A stretch of DNA of 64,000 bases from the NCBI GenBank assembly GCA_013265495.1, contig MU063895.1, forward strand, positions 9,379,774 through 9,443,773, in the 5' to 3' direction. The stretch is from Vicugna vicugna (Eukaryota). Shown here one piece after another: positions 26,223 through 36,963 of this stretch. The translations under genes and the position numbers were made by a program. Position 1 is the first letter of the stretch. Every line of letters starts with the position of its first letter. Under the pieces are notes generated by a model. That model worked only from the letters and a program-made list of their open reading frames with translations, searched no databases and had not been told where the DNA came from.

Positions 26223-27729
26223 GGTTACCTGACTCCATAGAAGCAAACACTTTTTTGATGTATTATCTTATAAAGCTTAATACCTAATTGCTGAGTTACC
26301 TTTAGACATTAAAGTCATCTTATAAGGTTTATTTTTATACATTCTGAGGTTTATCTTTTCAAAATTCTTTTTTTTTCTGACTTGAAATCCTCAGTGGATA
26401 TAGCAATGTAAGTTTCCTTTCATGGGTCTTTTTTACTTTAATTGTCTTTATCAGTCTTCCACAGTGTACTCTTTATTGTTGCACCAGTTAATCTATTGTC
26501 ACCGATCTACGTGCACATCTACATGTAATACATCTACATTTCAGCGCATGTATGTGCTGGCATTTCCTGCTCAATGATCATTTCTTCAATAATTTTTACA
26601 AGCCCTGGATCTGACCTCTAGTATATAATAGAAAATGTTCTCAGAAATACTTACATTTTATTCTGTGCCCAGTTATTTGGTATGAAGTTAACCTGACAAT
26701 TGTGACGAGAAGAAAAGCATGTATCAACAAATCTCAATTTGTGTCACGAGATTCTCCTGCCCCCATGAGGTTTCATCGACCTCCTGGAAGGCGTTCTGGC
26801 TGTCAATCCTCAGAACACTCTCTGATAGTTGGGTGTCTGACCTGTGGTGCTTTTTATTTTAGAAGTCTGAAAATCTTACATCCATGCCAGTATTCTAGGT
26901 ATATGTAATGCTAGCTATTGTTTGTGACATAGATCAAATGAACTTCAAAATGTGTGGAATGGCAACAAAGCCTGGTAAGCACCCAGTGCTCACCATAACT
27001 AAGAAGCCCAGGGAAGTCGAGTATTGGGTTGGATGTACAGTGAAACCCAGTCTCCCCAAATACGACGTTGTAAACATTATGAATGCACACACGTCTGCCT
27101 CCATAAATCTCTCCTGTTTTCAGAGTCATGAAACCAGATGCTGTTTTTCAGTGGTCGTTTTTTAAAATTATTATACTGACACCTTACAACCAGGTATGAT
27201 CTCAGTCATCTCCTAGACAAGCTTAGACACAGTGGGTTAAATGGACAGTGTTTCAGCCTTTCTTTTAAATCCCAATCTATTCTGCTTTATATTTAAAATA
27301 CTTCAAACAGTTTTATAATACAACTTCTCTTCTCTCTCCCTAAAAACTGTCTAACCATAAGAATCAATTGGCTGTCTTACTGAAGTTCCTCAAAGCAGTG
27401 GATGGACACAGAGATGCGTCATTCATGGATTCATTATACTTTTATTAAATGCTTACAGTTTTTTTTTTTTCCAACCATGGGCTTACTTATGAGCTTCCTA
27501 ATTCCCATAGTGGGCCAGAGAGATATGCCACCTACTCTGAGAAAATAGTGGTTGATGGAGATGGTAATCCCTTGACCTGCTGAGCATTATGAGAGGAGAA
27601 GGGAAGTAACGTAAGGATTACTGTCCCGTTTGCTGTGGCCTTGTAATAGACTCAGTGCCAGCCAGATAATTTTCAGATTGTGGAATTCTGGTGGCAATCT
27701 GATTATATGATGAGGATGAAAGTGTCAAA

Positions 27730-27970
27730 AATAATTCTATGGCAGTTCACAGCTTAAATACTCCTCTCATACATGCATATACATTTAATCTTTATAACAA
27801 CATTCTCAGGTAGATATCATTACTATCCCCGCTAAGTTGATGAGAAAGGTTAAACCAAGAGATGTAAATAGATTTATCATCACTCAGTTTGTAAGACAGA
27901 GCCAAGGACTCAGACCCTAGTTTTAGCACCTTAAGTCCTTGGTTTTACAGCTACAGAGTGTATTCTCAGT
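27730..27970 (+). mobile_element. MIR
   Basis: taatctttataacaacattctcaggtagatatcattactatcccc...gagccaaggactcagaccc. Confidence 0.75.
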
Positions 27971-28735
27971 ACACAAAGCACATTAAGTGAATTTTCCTTT
28001 GTCCATTAGCATTTTATTCATCTATCTATGTATCTGTCCATCTGTTTCTGTGTGCACAATTTTATGTAAATATCCTTTGACTATGTGGCTTTCACTGTGT
28101 GATATATACATTTTCTCTATGCGTCAGTTGAAATGGGGAGCAGTATGCAACTCTTGACCGGTTTTTATTTCATAGGAGTTCTCCATTAATTGTCTTATCC
28201 TAACCGATGACCAGAGGGGAGCCAAAATAATATGTAAGAAAGTGTTTAACAGCTCATGTTTTATATATATCCTTAAGACTACACTTTATATACAGTCGTT
28301 TAGAATTTGAAGACCTAGGTGTTTGTTCAGTTTTAGATACAATCTAGATCAGCTTTCAAAATATAGAAGTGTTTGCTTTTCCGTATTTTCCATGGATAAA
28401 AGCTAATAATTTTATTTAACTTTTTTCTTTCCCAAAGACTAGAAAGAGAAATTATAAAATTCAGAAAATTTAACTTTGAGCACTTGTTTTTAATTATTCA
28501 CGTACCATCTTAGTGACTTAACACATATGCAGAGATGTCTGTATTGTTTTGTATTGCATTCCAAGTACCCAGTGCACGTACCTTAGTATAGCACATAGTA
28601 GTAACTAAATAAGTATTTTTAAACCTTCAGTATTTCTGAGATGACAATATGGAAAACTCAAGTCCCATTGTAAAAACCTACGGTAACCTTGTTTTAAGAA
28701 TGACTGATCAGGGCGAAGTTCTAGAAAAACGGAAC

Positions 28736-28827
28736 ACTTAGCATAACCATTTGGGATTGACTGTTCCAGACTTTAAGCTCAACGACATTTCTATTTTTAC
28801 TTACAAAGGACGTGAAATGCCAGTTCT
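28736..28827 (+). repeat. Inverted repeat, left arm (92 bp, unclassified)
   Basis: 88/92 identical to the reverse complement of 33531-33622 by manual alignment. Confidence 0.97.
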
Positions 28828-30299
28828 ATTCTAATTCCAGCCAAGTTGAAAGTTTACTCCACATAAATTGGTGCAGAAAAAGTGCGACCTGAAAGTATCA
28901 GTGGTCTCAGCGTTGATTCCAACTTGGATGCTAAGAGAACACAGTGCGTAGAATATAAAAAACTGCTTTTCATTTCTCTTTAACTGAAAATAGGTGAGAT
29001 GAAATTTAGACTGTTTTTCCTTGAAATAAAGTCCATATTTCTCTCTGCCCTGGACCCACTACACTTACCTCAGTCACCCAAAGGGAAATTTAAATATCAA
29101 AGGATACTGGTGGAATGGACATGATTTCCTTTTAAAGGGCAGTCTGCACTTCTTGTAGCAAACATATTATTTGTAAATCCTTTTCCTCCAGGAAAGAGAC
29201 TTTTCAACTTCTATTGCAATTTCTGATTCTATGAATCAGAATCCCATCAAAAGGAACCAGTAAAGAATATAGATTTATAGGTTAATTATTTTCTTAGATA
29301 TGGGGGGGGGCTACAACCTTCGTTTTCTTTGTCTAATGACGAGGAATTACAAAATCCCATGACCCCAGGCAGACGCGGGCTAATTTGCAGTGTGGGGACT
29401 GGAGAGAAGATGACAGCTGCAGACAGTGTGGAAGGAGAACCACCTTGCAACATGTTTTGTCAAGTTGCAGCCTCTAGCTTTGACCTAGGGCCAGTATTCC
29501 CGGAGACATGATGAAGTGTGAAAAGTACTGGCAGGCATTTTAGCCTGGAAAAAAAAAAAGTTCGGAGGGAAGGGAAAACGGGGATCAGGAGAGATTAATA
29601 TTTGTGAGGTTTATAGCAGAAAAGGCAAAGCAATAGGAAGTAGAGGAATCTCTGCAGGGAATTTCTTACAACAGCAGCAGATTAGAAACAGGATGGGCTG
29701 GAGCAGGAAGCTTATTTTTCCAGCTGGAGCCTTCCCGACAAACCTGAGGTCGATTTGGGAACGACAGGCAAATGCCAAGCCAATGCGAAACCAAGAAATG
29801 ATGATAGAATTTACAGGCCCTGGGAAAGTCTGGGGGCTGGGAAGAAAGAAGGAAAGAGGGAGAGAGGAGGAGAGAGCAGGGGAGTTGCGAAGAGGGGAAG
29901 GACTGAACTCCAGCAGAAGGCACTGGCATTCTGAACCTGGAACATTTTAGTTACAGAGCAGAAGAACATTCCTGCTAGTGAATGCAGATTTTCAAGCTAG
30001 AAGAGTCTGAGGTGACCTAATCTAGACGTTTTCAAGTTTTACAGCCACAGGAAATAAACTTCAAACAAATTCATATGCAGAATCCCCATGTGGCTACAGA
30101 ATTGCTGATCTGGTTTAGGAGGAAGGGGCAAGCTTGGACTTGCATGCACTGGCCTCAACGCATGCCTGAAAATTGACTCCTGGGGCCCTCAGAGAATCTT
30201 TAAGGCTTTTCAGAATATTTGGAAATGAACCTGGTCTGACCTACACCTTCATACATTAAGGAAACAGGATCTAAGGTCTTAGGGCTTGCAAGTATATTT

Positions 30300-30960
30300 T
30301 GAGAGTCTACGTGCTGTGAGGCTCTGTCCCTGTTTCCTGATGCCCTGCGTTCTGAACTTTCAGGATCCCTCTGCTGGGAATACAGGCCCTTGAACCTCCC
30401 TCATCACATTGCGGGTAATTGCTACCCACAGTCCTTCGGGATGGACATGACAATAGACTGATGAACTCCGCTGTCACTCTGAGAAACACGGAGGATGATC
30501 CTTCTCCTGAAAGCTGGCACTTTCACTGGAATGATGAACAAGGCAGAGGGTAGAACATAAGGCCTCCTTTGCCTGCAACGCCATCTGCTCCCCTTGGTGC
30601 CTTCTGCCATAGCTGGAGTTTTCCAAGAGTTTTCCTCCACTTCTGCAGCTTGTAATGACTCCTTTAATGATAATTTCCAGCCACCGCCTTGTCCCTGTCA
30701 GCTTTCAGCAGTGGCAGGCTCTACTGGCATTAACTTTGCTTCAGGTGTTCAGGTTAGTGGCTTCGACTGGCTACTCTGGTAGGAAAATAGCATCCCAGCA
30801 TCTCTCTGTACCCAGCAAAGAAAAATTCTCCCATTCTGGGTACCACCCCTGCCGTATCTTTCTTAGAAACACTTCTGTGAAACCTTTTGGCCATAGCTAC
30901 CTTGCTGCACAACTCTTTGAATGTCTGATTTCAGATATCCATCCAGTTTCAGTGGGAAAC
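30300..30960. other. GC-richer unclassified segment, possibly an ancient LTR
   Basis: Composition differs from its flanks; all frames are interrupted; family not recognised. Confidence 0.3.
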
Positions 30961-31799
30961 CATATCTTTGTGTGTACACATGTTGTTAATGTTTATGTTA
31001 CTTTTTTCTTTTTAACTTTGCCTTGAAATGAATTCTGACCTTATTGGTAGAAGCATTGGTTAAGCATGTGTCTTCTGCTTTCTAAAGATGTGATCTTAGG
31101 AAAACCATAAAGTTTCAGAAAAATCTCATTGATTCAAAGGGAGATAAATCCTAATGACCTCCAGCATTACTGGAAGCCATAAATAAAGTCAAACGAATGT
31201 GAAATTGTTTTCAAAATTTTAAACTATTAAGTGAATATACAGGATTGTATAATCAAAATTGCAATAGCATCGATCTGTTTCCTCTGCCTTGAATGTCTAC
31301 CTCTTAAGAATCTCACTGTAACTTAAACCCATTTCTTGAGGGTTCTTGAGGGAGGGTATTCAACTTGAATCTAGTTTAGCCATATCTAAATTTAGACAAC
31401 AGGGGACTTGGCAAAACCTCCCAATTCCTCTTCACATACCTCCCGTGTACATGGAGGCAATTATTTTAAAATATTGAGTAATGAAAATGGTTCCCTAGGT
31501 ATCGCATAATTTCCTATATAAAAGATACTCAAGTACACAATGTGGGGGAACTTAAGACAACCTCATGTCTTTTTATCAGTGAATGGAATCAAGCAATCTG
31601 AATTGAATGTTTTCAGCGTTTAGTTATCTATTTGTCTATTAGGAATTTGTATTGATTACTGCACTGACAAACTCATATTTAATTTTTGTGCTGTATTTTG
31701 TTATAAAATAAAAATATACACACATCCTTAAATTTGAAATAAATAAGTATTTAGCATTAAGTATGCCCTCTGTAATATTTGTAACCCTGTTTGCCTTTT

Positions 31800-32620
31800 C
31801 TCTGTTCCACCTCTCTTCAAAATAGTGTCTCTCTCTGCCTTTCAGTGGCTTAAGCCAGGTTTCAATTCTTCATACCTTGACTCCTTCCTCTTACGTTGTA
31901 TCAATCATGGAAGACTCCTGATTCTATCTCCTGAATGTATTTTACGTTTATCTATTTCTTTCCATCCCCACTGGCATTTCTCTATTAGAGGCACTGTTAC
32001 CTCTGACGTTGAATTAGTTTTCCTGTCTCCGGGTTCCCCCTCCACCTCACCCCCACCCCCACCCCCGTCACCCTCTGGCAATCTAAGTGCCATCTAAATG
32101 CAAATTTAGTTATGTAAAACAGAAAGCAAGCTCCATGAGATCAGGACTTGTGTCTTTCTTTCTTACCTCCACATCCCTAGTGACATAGACTGATTTATTA
32201 ATTCGACAAACATTTATTGAGTGTCGACTATCTGTTAAATAATGTTCTAAGCATTGGAAATTCAGTACAGAAGACGACGGACAATGGCTTTGCCCCAAAG
32301 AACCTTACATTTCAGTGAAGGAAGACAGACGCAAACACACAGAAGTAAACAAACAAGAAAGCATAAGGTAGCGATAAGTGCTATGACACAAATAAACTTG
32401 CGGTGCTGCAAACAGTGGCCAAGGGGCTGCTTTAGGTAAGGTAGGTCGGGGAAGCTCCTCGAGGGAAGTGAATGAATGACTGTCTCTCTCCTCCTTATAA
32501 TTTTTCCGTGGGTCATCATTGTCCTTGTTAGATAGGTAAGCTCATGATATTTCAGGTTCTTATCTCTCATTTTGCAAGGCTAATCTTCAGCCACTTTTGA
32601 GCAGGAAATGTAATATTGCC
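31800..32620. mobile_element. L2 fragments (sense, then antisense from about 32187)
   Basis: aagctccatgagatcaggac (L2 3') followed by attcgacaaacatttattgagtg...aagcattggaaattcag (L2 antisense tail). Confidence 0.75.
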
Positions 32621-32642
32621 AGTTGAATCTGAGTTCCTCTTA

Positions 32643-32832
32643 CATCGTGGTTCTCACACTTCAGCTGACATTAGAATCACAGGGAGGGTTTGTTAGAACA
32701 CAGATGCCAGGCTCCGTCGTGAGGGTTTCTGATTCACTGGATCTGGGATGGGGTTGGAGAAAGTGCATATTTAACCCGTTGTTCCCAGGTGATACCAGTG
32801 GTGTTGGTCCAGGGTCCGCTTTCAGAACGCTC
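32643..32832. mobile_element. MER5A hAT-Charlie MITE
   Basis: gtggttctcacacttcagctgacattagaatcacagggagggtttgttagaacacagatgcc...ttcccaggtgata...ctttcagaac. Confidence 0.88.
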
Positions 32833-33150
32833 ACACAACTACTTCCCATCTTCTTTCACGCCCTTTTGACCTGTCTGCAGAGTTTCACCCTCCTGCCCCC
32901 ACTCCTCTGCATTTCTTGCATAATTGTCTTTTACTGATTTTTCATGTCTCAGTATATTTTTTATCTCCTCTAAGAACATTTCCCAAATATCCACTTTCCC
33001 TCTCTCTTAGGTGCTTCATAGTCATGCTGTATCCTGTTTCTATCACATTATATTGTGGTTTCCTATTCCCTCGTTTGTATATCTCATGCATAATTCCTTG
33101 ACTGTATTTTTCACTGGTGTATCTTTAGTGCCTAGAACAGTGCCTGGCAC
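32833..33150 (+). mobile_element. L2 3' fragment
   Basis: Ends ctttagtgcctagaacagtgcctggcaca. Confidence 0.7.
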
Positions 33151-33530
33151 ATTTTCAATCCTTTCTATTCAAGAAAGATCAGTGCTCTGATGATTGCTAG
33201 CCTGGTCAAATGATTTCCTGCAAATCATTCAGAAATGTAAGTACAGAAAATAATTAATATGATAAAAACATGGTGACATATCTAATAACTGACAGATTAG
33301 TTTTTAAAAGAATAAAGATCGTGAATGAATGAATAATTTACATTAAAATTATGATTTCTGAATTAACTTTCAAGAAAATAATCCTTCTGCATCTTTTTTC
33401 CATCTCACCTTGAAAAAAAAAATGGCGAAGTGTTTTTTTTTTTAATGATAGAAAATACCAAGGGGATAAAGATAGTGTTGTATTTACTCTAAATTTGGGT
33501 AGATTGAAATAAGATATTCAAAGTATTCAA

Positions 33531-33622
33531 AGAACTGGCATTTCACTTCCTTTGTAAGTAAAAACAGAAATGTCGTTGAGCTTAAAGTCTGGAACAGTCA
33601 ATCCTAAATGATTATGCTAAGT
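33531..33622 (-). repeat. Inverted repeat, right arm (92 bp, unclassified)
   Basis: Reverse complement of 28736-28827 with 4 substitutions; abuts a tandem tattcaaag x2 (33515-33532). Confidence 0.97.
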
Positions 33623-34624
33623 ATTTTTTTTCTAAACAAATGCCGTAATGTTTCTTTTACCTTATTTTAAAAGTTGTTTTCTTCCATGTATTTTACATTC
33701 TGAAAAATGGGATTCTGAGAAAACAAATGTAGTTACCAAAGGAATATTATTATTGATCAGTTGAAGAATAAGGCCCCTTGAGGCTTTTGAGAGCTGTTTT
33801 GTTAGATGGGAAAATATACTATAAGAAAAAAAATGAAATTGTACATTAGTCAATCAGGCCAATGTTAATTAAATTGGTGTGAATTGTATCAACAATTCAA
33901 TCTTGTGTATCACTTAATCACAAAGAAGAATAACAAACAATATGGATAGTGTGAAGCAAATTTGAGATAAGAAATCTTCCAGACCATCCAATTACTCATG
34001 TTCTCAATTTTCTTTGCCATAAATGATAGCACATGCACTGTCATGGTCTAAGTTAATGAGAAACCAGGGACTAACATAGATCATTGCTAAAACTGAGCTT
34101 GCCAGTAGGGGAAATCAAAGTGGAAGACAGGAAGAGGAAAGGTTAGCTTTTAAAGAGGAAAAATTGCTACTCAGAGATGATGTGCATTTAGTAGAGCATA
34201 AAATGAATTTGATCTGAGTTGGGAATTCGAAACATAAGAGCTTTAAGGGATTGCTAAAATCCCAGTGCCTGCATTTAAGAAATCTATTTTCCACCTTGGA
34301 GATTTAGAAAATAAAAACTACATGTCAGTAGAGGACTGGGGATGGGGCTTTTTGGCTTCTGGAAAGTCTTGAATGAGTCACTTAGTGTCATATGAAAAAT
34401 AGGTGTTATTCCTACAAAATCCATCATGCTATAAAAGCAAAGTACTGCGAAGGACCGTTAAAAGTCAGCCTAAGCGTCCCCCAGTCTGCATCCATGCCAA
34501 TTTGAAAATTATTCCAGGCCGTTTTTATAAGGCCTTAATAAACATTTCTTCATTTTGCTAATAATCTGGGACAGGACTTAACAGTTTTCACCATCAGAAA
34601 ATTCGCTCTTATATATTATTTAAA

Positions 34625-34730
34625 TCCCTTCTATTTGGGTTCCTTCCTTCCTTCTATCCTTCCTTCCTTCATCTTTCTTTCTTTTTTTCTTCCTTTCTTT
34701 CTCTTTTTCTTTCTCTCTTTCCCTTTTTCA
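34625..34730. repeat. Polypyrimidine low-complexity tract (TTCC/TTTC-rich)
   Basis: Direct reading. Confidence 0.85.
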
Positions 34731-35899
34731 ATTCAATCTTCCATAAAGGTGGAAAATGGCTGGTCATCATGAATGGTATGTGTGTTCATCTTTTATATAA
34801 TTGGTAAATCTGTTATTCAACAATCTCAGTTGTTCTTTCATAAGATCTAATTTTTTCTTACCTAGATACGAGTTGCTTTTCTCTACTATACTTACATTGT
34901 GTCAAAGCTTCTGTTTATTCTTTATGTTTTGAGTTACTGAAGTAAAGCAAGAAACGTTTTTCATACAGAATTTGATCAGTTGTTAAAATAATGTGAGCAT
35001 CTCAACTATCTTTCACTTTTAATATCTAAGTAATATAACCAGTGTTGAAAAATTAGGAAAACAGAGAAGAAACAAACAAAAAAGTCACCCCAAATCCCAC
35101 TGCTCAGTGGTTACAATTATAAATATTTTGCTGTATTTTTAGACTGTTTCCTATCTAAATTACTTATGTTTTGCATAATATATCATGATCGTTTTGCCAT
35201 ATTAATGAAAGTGTACCTTAGAAATTGTGTTACGTGTTGCAGAATTATTTTTCAAGTTGATCTGAGTAGGAAAGCAGACATATGAACATACCAGCAACTA
35301 GATTACAACACACAAAGAACTATAATAACGATATGGTAAAATATTAGTGTAAAAAAGCAGGACTTTTTTTTGACATAATAACAAATAGTGAAGACTCCAT
35401 ATGATATCACTGTAGTGACTACTGGAAGATGAATAGAGTTTCCTTTAACGGAAAATGGAAGACACTAAATACAGAAAAAAAAATCATGGGTAGGCACTAA
35501 AGTTTAAGAAAATTGTGTGTTTGGATAGAGCAGCTGGTATAAGGAATGCACAGGCTCATGAGTCAAGCTTTCAACAAGGGATCTATTTTTCCTTTCTCAC
35601 CTTTACTTCTATGCATGGTTTAAAAAGTACAGCCCAGATCTTCCATGGTCAAGCTAGGGTTAGAACTCAGAAGATAAGTTTAGTCTCTTCCTCTCACACA
35701 TGAGGAGCTGTAAGACTGTTTGTGGACATGAAGTTAATAGGGCGCTGTCGCAGAAGACAATGAGAGGTAAAGTTAACTTTTACAATTATTTAATTTTTTG
35801 TTTATGGACTAAGTTCAAAGAACACTTAAATTATAGAAACAGTATTTTGATTCCAGGCAAAATACTTATTATTTATGCACGTGGGCTGATAAAAATACT

Positions 35900-36232
35900 G
35901 AAATTCAGAGGAAGGTGGGTCAAAAGGCACAGGCTTCCAATTGTAAGTAAGTACTAGGGACGTCACGTGCAATGTGATGCCTGTAGTTAACACTGATGCC
36001 TGATGTATAGGAAAGTTATTAAGAGAGCAGATCCTAAGAGTTCTTACCACAAGGGGAAATTTTTTTCTTTTCTCTTTATCTATATGAGATGATGGATGCT
36101 AACTAAAACTTGATCATGGCAATCATTTCACAGTATGTGTAACTCAAACCCTCATACTGGATAACTTACATGTATACCTGAAACTTATAAATGTATTCAG
36201 TATGTCAATTATTTCTCCTTAAAACTGGAAAG
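35900..36232 (+). mobile_element. L1MA/MC-type 3' UTR fragment
   Basis: gggtcaaaaggcacaggcttcc...gatcctaagagttcttaccacaag...ggcaatcatttcacagtatgtg. Confidence 0.85.
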
Positions 36233-36599
36233 AAATGCTGAAATTATGTGAGCTTCCAGGGCCTGACCCCTTAAATAAGTTAATAGTAAGGACTATTTAT
36301 ATGAGACTATAAAAATTACAATGTACCTGGTGACATTATTAGGAATTCCACTTGGACTCACTAATTCCATATGTGTTAGGTGTCAAGATTGTCTCTTCTT
36401 TCTCCCATCCTCACACACTGTGTCCAGGTATTGTACCCAACCATCCAGGAATTTACAAGCGTCCATGATATGGTATAAAGGGTTTTAGTAGGTTTTGCTT
36501 TTCACAAAATACTTGGACAAAATCATTGATAAGTTATCTAAATATTTTTTTAATTTGGACAATTTCATAAGGGCTAATCCATCTAGGAATTCTGAATTA

Positions 36600-36963
36600 C
36601 TTTAATGGCATTGTGGAGATATAATTGGCATGTAACATTGCATAAGCTTAAAGTACACCAGGTGATGACTTGATATACATACATATTGTGAAACGATTGC
36701 CATAATAAAGCTAGCTGACATCTCTATCCCATTACATAATTACTATTTTGTATGTGTGTGTATGGGTGTGATAAGAACATTTAAGATGTACTCTCTTAGA
36801 CTATGTTCAAATATGTAATACAGTGTGGCTAACTATAGTCACCATGCTGTGCATAGATCTCCAGAACTTATTTACCTTAAGACAGGGGAGTTTGTACCTT
36901 TGACCAACATCTCACCCTTTCCCTCTTTCCCAGGCCCTGGCAATCACTAGTCTAATCTCTGTT
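36600..36963 (-). mobile_element. L1MA9-like 3' UTR fragment
   Basis: gagatataattggcatgtaacattg...actatagtcaccatgctgtgcatagatctccagaactta...ctttgaccaacatctc. Confidence 0.88.

Noticed and set aside
26908-27165. ORF segment KPSLPKYDVVN vaguely like phospholipid scramblase HPCLPKFTIQN
   Set aside because: Similarity is limited to a few residues, with no matching splice sites or other PLSCR exons
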